Shown piece by piece: positions 11,801-18,976 of a DNA stretch of 64,000 bases. Position 1 is the first letter of the stretch. Each line of letters opens with the position of its first letter. The position numbers and the translations under genes were made by a program. Source of the stretch: Bacteroidia bacterium (GTDB lineage: Bacteria > Bacteroidota > Bacteroidia > M30B66); assembly GCA_965279035.1 (NCBI GenBank), contig OZ257142.1:3584001-3648000 (forward strand), in the 5' to 3' direction. The notes beneath the pieces are model-generated. The model saw nothing but the letters and a program-made list of their open reading frames with translations. It did no database searches and was not told the origin of the DNA.

Positions 11801-12368
11801 CAAACGAAGGACTTAAATAGGTCAATTTTCCTTCGTTGTTCGATAATACAATCATCTCCGAAGAATTCTCAATCAATGCTCTAAATCTAGCCTCACTCTC
11901 TTGAAGTAAACGATCCGATTTGATTTTTTTTGTAATATTATTCGAGATGACAAAAACCCCAATGATTTTTCCAAATTCATCTATGGCTGGCTTATACTTA
12001 TTTTCAAATACAATAAAATCATTTTCTTCTAACTCAATTTCAATATGAGCTTGCTGTGTTTCACCATTTAAAACTTTTTCATAAATTAACTTCAAATCTT
12101 CTTGACTCTTTTCATGAGAATATTCTAATATAGACGCACCAACTACAACTTCTTTATGAAGATATTGTGAATATAAATCATGAAATAATTTATTAAAAGA
12201 AACAATCTTTAAATTCCTATCTAAAAGAATAAAACTTTCTTCCGTATTTTCTTTGAAAATATTTAACTTCCTCTGAAGAAATAATAAACGTTCATGCTCA
12301 TATCCACTCGTTGGATTAATCATGTTTTTTTTAATCTTAGGAGAATTTAATATGTCAACTTTTTTCAT
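8859..12368 (-). CDS. Cytoplasmic multi-PAS sensor histidine kinase
   Basis: About seven PAS domains, 'ELEQFAYIASHDLQEPLR', 'FQRLH', 'GTGIGLAICKKI'. No TM segments seen. Confidence 0.92.
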   Translation of the reverse strand: MKKVDILNSPKIKKNMINPTSGYEHERLLFLQRKLNIFKENTEESFILLDRNLKIVSFNKLFHDLYSQYLHKEVVVGASILEYSHEKSQEDLKLIYEKVLNGETQQAHIEIELEENDFIVFENKYKPAIDEFGKIIGVFVISNNITKKIKSDRLLQESEARFRALIENSSEMIVLSNNEGKLTYLSPSFERITGYKIEESVGRHVTEFLVPDFIENANQLFQDLIQNPGKTFRCLSKIKCKNGSLAWLDGTITNLLHDKNVQGIVSNYRDITESRLAEIKIKESEKRFRDIVEQYPLPVITYTPTGVFTSANAALSTFWGNSLAPSEGKYNIRNDKKMQEAGMSEYIEKAFSGEVVTTPVFEYNPRLTVKSNKRRWIQIILYPLKNDQDQITEVIQITQDYTDKKEAEERIKASEIKFRYLFENSREMLFLSDESLGFSYVSPAFESITGIPVLEILGKRGLTIVQPEFQDEVNRISKDMLSNPGKVFDLKFQIQCISGELKWVEGTTVNLLHIPEIKSIVTNFRDITNRVKSEKKIQESENRFRSMIEQYPMPVAMYDSQGKFLSTNSAWEVLWEDKIENVLDYNIRKDEILIRSGLSVFVDKAYSGEVATTPVFEYDPKMIGKSGKKRWIQLIIYPLINKENIITEVVMITQDHTFNKEAEENLAKSEARFKALILNSHDGICQLASDGTLIYMSPSGKRILGYDISEFEGKVRPDLIHEEDIQGLGNAFNEVLQNPERVVRYEYRYLHPDGQIHWIETNFQNQLNDSLVASIVNTFRDITFRKKTEQEIIKLNTKLKSAQEIASLGYWEIHLQGGDNFLSDEIYTICELTSTESSFSFEEFKALISPKDIDRFIENHEKLFKTGTPFKAEYRMVLRNKKQKVVLSTGNLVQDQQGRPLLIEGTLQDITQLKKTEKELRKLNSQLQMRAKELAISNSELEQFAYIASHDLQEPLRMVTSFLTQLEKKYAEKLDDKAKQYIYFATDGAVRMRKIILDLLEFSRIGKSEFEYEDVDINELLLEAIKLNKNLIDEKQAIITYDTLPILKIQRTPLLQVFQNLLGNSLKYIQNNAHPIIHIGIVEEKDRWIFSVKDNGIGIHEQFFDKIFILFQRLHNRDEYSGTGIGLAICKKIIENYGGKIWVNSEEGKGAIFYFSIPKGIDNHKTIDV

Positions 12369-12594
12369 ATTTCAATCAATTTAATTATTTATTCCCACTC
12401 ATAATTATTTCATTTCCATAAACCCAAAACGAAAAATTATCCAAAAATCATTTAGCTAATAACATGTTCTTTTAAGAATGAAATATCAGTACTTTCTATT
12501 CCACCAAGGTATATATTTACTCTTTACGTTTGGATTAAACTTCGTTAATTTTAGGATTCAGCATCTAGGTATTCGCCCTCATTTTCTTAACTAA

Positions 12595-13248
12595 ATGGAC
12601 AATCACCAAATCATTCTTAAAACCATTGAATTCGTAAAAAATGAACTTCGTCAAGCAGAAGCTGGACATGATTGGCAACATATCAATCGCGTATGGATAA
12701 ATGCTAAACAAATTGCTCAGTTTGAACAAGTAAATTTGCTTGTTGTAGAACTTGCTGCGCTTTTACACGATATCGCGGATTCCAAATTTCATCAAGGTGA
12801 CGAAACTATCGGGCCTAAAAAAGCAAGACAATTTCTTGAATCCATACAAGTAGAAGAAGATATTATTCAACACGTTATTTTAATTATTCAACACATTTCA
12901 TTCAAAGGAGGAAATTTCAATCAAGAATTTATTTCACCCGAATTCATGGTTGTTCAAGATGCCGATCGAATCGATGCGCTTGGAGCCATTGGGATTGCAC
13001 GTGCATTTCATTATGGTGGATTTAAAAACAGAGAAATTTATAATCCAGCAATTCAGCCGAAACTAACTATGAATCGAGAAGAGTATAAAAATGACTCCGG
13101 TCCTACGATCAATCACTTTTATGAGAAATTGCTATTATTGAAAGACCGAATGAATACGCAAGCAGGGAAAGAACTTGCCGAACAGCGTCATCAATTTATG
13201 CAGAACTTTTTGGATCAATTTCATGATGAAATGGAGGGAAAACGATAG
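12595..13248 (+). CDS. HD-domain phosphohydrolase (YpgQ/YedJ-like)
   Basis: 'GHDWQHINRV', 'ALLHDIAD', 'VQDADRIDALGAIGIAR', 'HFYEKLL'. Confidence 0.88.
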   Translation: MDNHQIILKTIEFVKNELRQAEAGHDWQHINRVWINAKQIAQFEQVNLLVVELAALLHDIADSKFHQGDETIGPKKARQFLESIQVEEDIIQHVILIIQHISFKGGNFNQEFISPEFMVVQDADRIDALGAIGIARAFHYGGFKNREIYNPAIQPKLTMNREEYKNDSGPTINHFYEKLLLLKDRMNTQAGKELAEQRHQFMQNFLDQFHDEMEGKR

Positions 13249-13260
13249 TACTTTTACACC

Positions 13261-14043
13261 GTGCGCTATTTCTTCCACATAGGTTATCACGGAATCAATT
13301 ACCGAGGCTGGCAACGTCAACCTAATATCATTGGAGTTCAAACGATTTTAGAAGAAGTACTTTCTAAAATACTCAAAGATAACATCACTGTAATTGGCTG
13401 CGGTAGAACCGATGCGCAGGTTCATGCCTCTCAATATTTTTTCCACATTGATGTAAAAGAACCCTGGGATTTCGATCTCAAATTTCGACTCAATCACACT
13501 TTGCCCGATGATATTGCGGTATTCGACATTCTAGAAGTTGGACCAGATCAACACGCCCGATTTGATGCGATTCAACGTGATTACGATTATTTTCTGCATT
13601 TCTATAAAGACCCTTTCCTCGCCAAACACAGTTCCTATTACCGCGATGAAAATTTAAATATCCCCGAAATGCAACGTGCAGCAGCACTTTTACCTAACTA
13701 CTCGGATTATTTCGCATTTTGCCGATCACCCGAAAAATACGAACACACACTTTGTTTCGTCAAATCGTCCGAGCTTATCAGTAATACCAAAGGTGACCGA
13801 CTTCGCTTTCACATTAGTTCTAATCGCTATTTAGGAAGCATGATCCGAATTCTTGTTGGGAAATTCCTAGAAATTGGACGCGGAGAAATTTCGGTAGATG
13901 AGTTTGAAAGCTATTTTCATCAACGTAAGTCAGCACCACTCGTCATTCCGGCTCATCCACAAGGACTTTATCTATCTAAAGTCACGTATCCTTATTTAGA
14001 TCTCAAACCCAAGGCTATATTCTCGTTTCTGGATTTCGATTAA
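13261..14043 (+). CDS. truA: tRNA pseudouridine synthase A family
   Basis: 'YHGINYRGWQRQ', catalytic 'GCGRTDAQVHA', 'HARFDA', 'PQGLYL'. Confidence 0.88.
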   Translation: MRYFFHIGYHGINYRGWQRQPNIIGVQTILEEVLSKILKDNITVIGCGRTDAQVHASQYFFHIDVKEPWDFDLKFRLNHTLPDDIAVFDILEVGPDQHARFDAIQRDYDYFLHFYKDPFLAKHSSYYRDENLNIPEMQRAAALLPNYSDYFAFCRSPEKYEHTLCFVKSSELISNTKGDRLRFHISSNRYLGSMIRILVGKFLEIGRGEISVDEFESYFHQRKSAPLVIPAHPQGLYLSKVTYPYLDLKPKAIFSFLDFD

Positions 14044-14075
14044 AGATTGAAAATTTGAATTTAATTTGCAAACTA

Positions 14076-14089
14076 ACTTATTAGTAAGT
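14076..14089. promoter_or_regulatory. Imperfect palindrome, candidate TetR operator
   Basis: ACTTATTAGTAAGT (12/14 palindromic) just upstream of the TetR start and abutting a TAAGTTTA -7-like box. Confidence 0.55.
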
Positions 14090-14100
14090 AAGTTTACGTC

Positions 14101-14670
14101 GTGAAAATTGCTCAAGAACGCTTGCTTGAATTAGGCGAAACACTCATCCGTACCAGAGGTTTCAATGCTATCAGCTATGCCGATTTGAGTAAGAAACTGC
14201 AGGTGAAAAATGCAGCTATTCACTATCATTATCCTAGCAAAGAAGATTTAGGCATTGCCATTATTCACTTCAATAGGGAAAAATTTGCTCGCTTTTGCGA
14301 ACACATGATCAAACGGGAATTCAAACCCGACGAACAAATCCGACGATACATCCGAATTTATTCCTCCAGCCTTCAGGATGAAAAAGTGTGTCTCGTTGGT
14401 TCGCTCGGCCCTGATTATGCGACTTTTGGCCCGGCCATGCAGCATGAACTCAAAATCCTTACTTCCGAAATTCTCGATTGGTTTACTCATGTCCTTGAAA
14501 AGGGAAGAAATGAGGGGATTTTCCAATTCACAACCGAACCTCAAACGCAGGCTTTGCTTATCATTACCAATCTTACTTCAGCTCTCATCTTGTCTAAAAT
14601 AATGGGACCGACTGCATTTCATCAAATCACCGATTCGGTCATGTCTTCCCTTCTAAAAACCCAACCCTAA
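14101..14670 (+). CDS. TetR/AcrR-family transcriptional regulator
   Basis: N-terminal HTH 'RGFNAISYADLSKKLQVKNAAIHYHYPSKEDL', 'CLVG' in the C-domain. Confidence 0.92.
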   Translation: MKIAQERLLELGETLIRTRGFNAISYADLSKKLQVKNAAIHYHYPSKEDLGIAIIHFNREKFARFCEHMIKREFKPDEQIRRYIRIYSSSLQDEKVCLVGSLGPDYATFGPAMQHELKILTSEILDWFTHVLEKGRNEGIFQFTTEPQTQALLIITNLTSALILSKIMGPTAFHQITDSVMSSLLKTQP

Positions 14671-14673
14671 TTT

Positions 14674-15918
14674 ATGGAACGTGTTGTCATTACTGGCACT
14701 GGCGCTATAACACCGCTAGGCAATTCTACCGAATCTTTTTTGAATAATGTGTTTGCTGGCGTTTCAGGTGCTGGTCCAATCACGCGATTTGATGCTTCTG
14801 CTTTTAAAACGCGTTTTGCTTGTGAGGTAAAAGATTTCGATCCAACTCAGTATTTCGAACGCAACGAAAGTCGCAAATACGACCGTTTCTCTTGGTATGC
14901 TGTTGCTGCTGCTGATGAAGCCTTAAAAATGGCTGGAATTTCTCGCGATAACATTGATGTTCACTGTGCTGGAGTAATCTTCGGTTCCGGAAATGGTGGC
15001 ATCGAAACCTTCGATCAACAACTCATCGAATTCGCTGCAAATCCTTCCAATCCTCGATTCAATCCCTATTTCATCCCCAAAATGCTGGTGAACATGCCTT
15101 CGGGTGTTGTTTCGATTCGTACCGGTTTTCGGGGAATTGTTTATACACCCGTTTCTGCTTGTGCAACAGGGAATACAGCCATTATGGATGCTGCTAATTA
15201 CATACGTTGGGGCAAAGCCGATGTGATGATCGCTGGAGCATGTGAAGCTCCAATTACCTACTCCGCCATTGGTGGATTTGGTGCCATGAAAGCACTTTCC
15301 ACCCGTAATGATGATCCTCAAAAAGCTTCTCGTCCATTCGATAAAGACCGCGATGGATTTGTGATGGGCGAAGGTGCCGGAGCACTTATATTAGAATCAC
15401 TTTCTCATGCCTTGGCTCGTGGAGCGAATATCTTGGGTGAAGTGGCTGGAACTGCCATGACTGCCGATGCCTATCACTTGAGTTCTGGTTTACCTGACGG
15501 TGATGGTGCTCGTCGTTGCATGCTACTCGCCCTCGAAGAAGCTGGTTTAAGTCCCGATCAGGTTGATTATATCAATGTACACGCAACCTCCACTCCAGTG
15601 GGCGATCCAGGCGAGATGAAAGCAGTTTGGAGCGCCTTTGGCGAACGAAGCAGTTTGCTCATATCTTCCACTAAATCCATGACCGGACATCTCCTAGGTG
15701 CCGCTGGTGCCGCCGAAGCAATTATCAGCTTAGGTGCAATTCAACGTCAGGCTGCTCCTCCTACCATCAACCTCGAAAACCGTGATCCGGAAATTCCTAC
15801 AGGTTTGAATATCGTTTCCGGAAAAGCAAAATCACATCCTATCCGTGTTGTATTAAGCAATACGTTTGGTTTCGGCGGACATAATTCCAGTGTTGTACTT
15901 AAAGCTTTTACCGCATGA
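14674..15918 (+). CDS. fabF: Beta-ketoacyl-ACP synthase II
   Basis: 'RVVITGTG', catalytic Cys 'SACATG', His 'HATSTP' and 'GHLLGAAG', 'SNTFGFGGHN'. Confidence 0.93.
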   Translation: MERVVITGTGAITPLGNSTESFLNNVFAGVSGAGPITRFDASAFKTRFACEVKDFDPTQYFERNESRKYDRFSWYAVAAADEALKMAGISRDNIDVHCAGVIFGSGNGGIETFDQQLIEFAANPSNPRFNPYFIPKMLVNMPSGVVSIRTGFRGIVYTPVSACATGNTAIMDAANYIRWGKADVMIAGACEAPITYSAIGGFGAMKALSTRNDDPQKASRPFDKDRDGFVMGEGAGALILESLSHALARGANILGEVAGTAMTADAYHLSSGLPDGDGARRCMLLALEEAGLSPDQVDYINVHATSTPVGDPGEMKAVWSAFGERSSLLISSTKSMTGHLLGAAGAAEAIISLGAIQRQAAPPTINLENRDPEIPTGLNIVSGKAKSHPIRVVLSNTFGFGGHNSSVVLKAFTA

Positions 15919-16364
15919 TTCATACATCCAACGAGCTGTTCGTGTACTTTAAAAGTCATATCGGAAAAAGCTATCCCAAAGACATGATCACCTTTGGATG
16001 TTGGCTGCAACCAGTAATTAAAAAAGTGGAACGGGATGAATTACATCTCGAATTTTTCATGCGTCCTGAAGAAGGAAATCCTGCCGGAACGGTGCATGGT
16101 GGCGTTTTAGCATCTATCATTGATGAAACCATCGGTGCGATGATGTATTACACGGGTGAGCCACATTTCAAATCAACTATCAACTTAAGCGTCGATTACC
16201 TCAATTCCTGCCGCCCAGGTGATGTGATATTGTGTCGTGCTCGATTAGTCAAAGCAGGTAAAACACTACTTCACGCAACTGCCGACATTATTCGGGAAGA
16301 CGATGGGAAAATAATCGCTTCCGGTAGCTCGAGTTTGATTGTAATGGTAAAATCGGCTTCGTAA
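15915..16364 (+). CDS. PaaI-family hotdog-fold thioesterase
   Basis: 'NPAGTVHGGVLASIIDE', 'TINLSVDYL'. ATGA overlap with fabF. Confidence 0.88.
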   Translation: MIHTSNELFVYFKSHIGKSYPKDMITFGCWLQPVIKKVERDELHLEFFMRPEEGNPAGTVHGGVLASIIDETIGAMMYYTGEPHFKSTINLSVDYLNSCRPGDVILCRARLVKAGKTLLHATADIIREDDGKIIASGSSSLIVMVKSAS

Positions 16365-16497
16365 TTTTTTGACTTTGAACTGAAATAAAGAAGGAAAAAG
16401 CTTTAATACATTCAAACTCTTTTGCAAAATTGAGATGCATATTAGCATATCAATATTTTAATTAAGCGAGTATTTCTAATTCGTTAATCATACAATC

Positions 16498-16534
16498 CTC
16501 CCCTCTCCTCGTGGAGAGGGGTCGGGGCTGAGGT
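16498..16534. repeat. REP-like GC-rich palindrome, copy 1
   Basis: CTCCCCTCTCC-TCGT-GGAGAGGGG-TCGGGGCTGAGGT. Confidence 0.8.
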
Positions 16535-16786
16535 CAATGCAAAGCCAGAAAAACACGAGTCCACTCCATTGCCGATATCATCCGAGAAGACGATGGAAAA
16601 TCATCGTCTCAGGCAGCTCGAGTTTGATAGTAATGGTGAAATCGGTTTCGTAATTTTTTGACTTTGAACTGAAATAAAGAAGGAAAAAGCTTTAATACAT
16701 TCAAACTCTTTTGCAAAATTGAGATGCATATTAGCATATCAATATTTTAATTAAGCGAGTATTTCTAATTCGTTAATCATACAATT

Positions 16787-16823
16787 CTCCCCTCTCCTCG
16801 AGGAGAGGGGCCGGGGGTGAGGT
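16787..16823. repeat. REP-like GC-rich palindrome, copy 2
   Basis: CTCCCCTCTCC-TCGA-GGAGAGGGG-CCGGGGGTGAGGT, containing a perfect 22-bp palindrome. Confidence 0.8.
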
Positions 16824-17057
16824 AAATGCAAAGCCAGAAAAACACGAGTCCACTCCATTGCCGATATCATCCGAGAAGACGATGGGAAAATCATCGCTTC
16901 TGGTAGCTCGAGTTTGATTGTGATGGTGAAATCGGCTTCTTGATTTTTAAGATTAAAAAACTGAAATGTAGAAGGAAAAAGCAGTTGAGCATTCTTACTT
17001 TCTTCAGCAAAATTAATATGGAGTGTTGCTTATCTGTTGAATAATTAGGCGATTATT

Positions 17058-17561
17058 TCAAATTCGAAAATGGTGAAATTCTCCCCTCTCCTCGAGGAGA
17101 GGGGCCGGGGCTGAGGTAAATCGTTCATCCAACCTAAAATCCACACTGGATAGTATACGAACTTCTTTCATATCGGGATGTTTCGGGTTTATCAAGTAAT
17201 TGAATTCTTCCGGAACAACTGCCGATGGTACAGACAAGACCAATGTTTCTGATTTCAATAACCATTCATCACCCAATTTTCGTGAGGATAATGGATGCGG
17301 GAAATGATACCAATCCTTAGGTAATTCCTGAAATTGATATATCGAGCCTAAATCAGGGATTTCAATTTGCACCATGACTAAATCGCTTGGCAACCAAACA
17401 GATGGCGTATGCACAAGCCATTCCGTTAAACATAAAGCCCGATTGGAAGCAGTATAAAGCACCGGATTTCCTCTGCTGTTCCACCTTCCACCTAACTTCT
17501 CCGCTCCTATTCCACTCAAATCACGAGAAAATTCGCGACGTGTTAAACGGAATACAATCAT
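17058..17561 (-). CDS. RES-domain toxin of a type II TA system
   Basis: 'GGRWNSRG', 'LYTASNRALCLTE', 'VPSAVVPEEFNYLINPKHPD'. The conserved R, E and S residues are present. Confidence 0.9.
   Translation of the reverse strand: MIVFRLTRREFSRDLSGIGAEKLGGRWNSRGNPVLYTASNRALCLTEWLVHTPSVWLPSDLVMVQIEIPDLGSIYQFQELPKDWYHFPHPLSSRKLGDEWLLKSETLVLSVPSAVVPEEFNYLINPKHPDMKEVRILSSVDFRLDERFTSAPAPLLEERGEFHHFRI
17081..17117. repeat. REP-like GC-rich palindrome, copy 3, inside the RES toxin 3' end
   Basis: CTCCCCTCTCC-TCGA-GGAGAGGGG-CCGGGGCTGAGGT, translated on the minus strand as TSAPAPLLEERG. Confidence 0.8.
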
Positions 17562-17986
17562 GAAACAATGCCGTATTCTAAGCGACCTAACTCGTCTTTA
17601 ATGAGTTGAATTCCCATGCTGCTATCTAATAAAGATTGCGGTGTAATTCCTCCCAAAGCAAGATTAGGCAGAGAAAGCCATTCTACCCAACGTTCATCCG
17701 AACCAAATAGTTCTTTACCATAATTACTCAACATCGTGATTTCGATAATGCGTTCCGATTGCATGGCATCAAATGCTTTTTGACCTTTTTGATAACGTTG
17801 CAGACTTCTTTCAGATAAATGAAGCACTCGTGCCCATTCTCGAAAACTAAAGTTCAATCGATTGCCTAAGCCAACAAAAAAATCGAAAGGTAATCCGCCT
17901 CGAATAAAATTAATAAGCCCATATGCCGCAGCGCTTTCAGCTACTGTATAAGAAATGGGAGTTTCGTTTATAGGATATGTTTTCAT
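17558..17986 (-). CDS. Xre/MbcA/ParS-type antitoxin (DUF2384-like)
   Basis: HTH 'LHLSERSLQRY', 'WLSLPNLALGGITP', 'ELGRLEYG'. Overlaps the RES gene by 4 nt. ATG at 17986 lies downstream of a TATCTTTG box. Confidence 0.9.
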   Translation of the reverse strand: MKTYPINETPISYTVAESAAAYGLINFIRGGLPFDFFVGLGNRLNFSFREWARVLHLSERSLQRYQKGQKAFDAMQSERIIEITMLSNYGKELFGSDERWVEWLSLPNLALGGITPQSLLDSSMGIQLIKDELGRLEYGIVS

Positions 17987-18002
17987 AATAAATATCTTTC
18001 CC

Positions 18003-18010
18003 CAAAGATA
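18003..18010 (-). promoter_or_regulatory. Bacteroidota -7 box (TATCTTTG) for the TA operon
   Basis: Perfect TAnnTTTG on the minus strand 16 nt upstream of the antitoxin ATG. TTTGAC direct repeats lie further upstream. Confidence 0.6.
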
Positions 18011-18048
18011 CATGTCTTTTTCAAAACGTCAAATGTCAAACATATTTT

Positions 18049-18915
18049 TCACAACAAATCTTCCACCGATTGCCGAATCGTTTTGGCAATTTCATCCGTC
18101 GGCAAATCATTCGCATCTTTCCCAAAAGGGTCTTCAATTTCCTCTGCAATTAATTCCAAACTCGCCAACACGTAAAAGATTATCGCAACCACTGGCATCA
18201 CCCAATAACCCAACGAAAAAACATATCCAAAAGGTAATGTCATCACATACAGAAAAATGAATTTTTTCAAAAACACACTGTATGAAAAGGGAATAGGCGT
18301 TTTCTTAATCCGCTCACAAGCGCCCACTGCATCTGTAAAATTGACCATTTCGTTATTCACTAAAAGCAAGTGCTCGGTTTTCAACTTTCCCTGTTGTTCC
18401 AACTCGGCTAATCGGCGATACATCATTTGAGCAATTTGATTGGGTACATGTTGATTTTCAACCAATTCGGAAGAAACAAAATCGTCACAATCAACCAATT
18501 CCTTATTCAAAAAAACACCGCGTAAATGATTCTTCATGGCAAAGGCGTAGTTAGGAATCATAGCTCGAAAAAAAGCTCGATCATCGTTAGCAAGTACGGA
18601 TAGTTTCATCGCCAAATTCCGACTCGAATTCACCAAACTTCCCCATACTTTCCTTCCTTCCCACCAGCGTTCATAAGCAGTATTGGTTCGAAAAACCAAC
18701 AATAACGAAATCACTAATCCTAAGGTACTATGAATGAGTGATAAGTTTCTAATGTGGCTTTTTTCACTTATTTGCCATACTTCAATCTCGAGCCAAGCTA
18801 TCACTCCAGCATACAATCCAATAAGGAAAATGAGTGGTGCTAACGTGCGAAATGTGTCGGCTTTGTGAAAGCGAAAAATGAAGGTGAACCAGTCTTTCGG
18901 ATTGTATCGAATCAT
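18049..18915 (-). CDS. Bestrophin-family (YneE-like) ion channel
   Basis: 'LLVFRTNTAYERWWEGR', 'CERIKKTPIP', 'EIEDPFGKDANDLP'. Confidence 0.92.
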   Translation of the reverse strand: MIRYNPKDWFTFIFRFHKADTFRTLAPLIFLIGLYAGVIAWLEIEVWQISEKSHIRNLSLIHSTLGLVISLLLVFRTNTAYERWWEGRKVWGSLVNSSRNLAMKLSVLANDDRAFFRAMIPNYAFAMKNHLRGVFLNKELVDCDDFVSSELVENQHVPNQIAQMMYRRLAELEQQGKLKTEHLLLVNNEMVNFTDAVGACERIKKTPIPFSYSVFLKKFIFLYVMTLPFGYVFSLGYWVMPVVAIIFYVLASLELIAEEIEDPFGKDANDLPTDEIAKTIRQSVEDLL

Positions 18916-18922
18916 AGTTTTG

Positions 18923-18930
18923 CAAACCTA
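18923..18930 (-). promoter_or_regulatory. -7 box (TAGGTTTG) for the bestrophin gene
   Basis: Perfect TAnnTTTG 7 nt upstream of the ATG. Confidence 0.55.
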
Positions 18931-18976
18931 CGAAGCAGATTGCAACTATCGAATACACTTTCATTACCTTCGCCGC

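Larger units (their letters stand above)
16251..17120. repeat. Three tandem ~290-bp units, each containing the PaaI 3' end, a spacer and a palindromic REP-like element
   Basis: Units start at 16251, 16541 and 16830. The spacers of units 1 and 2 are nearly identical; the spacer of unit 3 is diverged. Confidence 0.92.

Noticed and set aside
8859-12368. Bacteriophytochrome
   Set aside because: The kinase core is of that class, but no PAS-GAF-PHY module or chromophore-binding motif was recognised.
16251-17120. Diversity-generating retroelement template/variable repeats
   Set aside because: Differences are not adenine-specific (many C/T changes), are mostly silent, and no reverse transcriptase is present.
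16251-17120. Integron cassette array
   Set aside because: No RYYYAAC...GTTRRRY attC cores were seen, the units hold gene fragments rather than whole ORFs, and the only tyrosine recombinase looks like housekeeping XerD.
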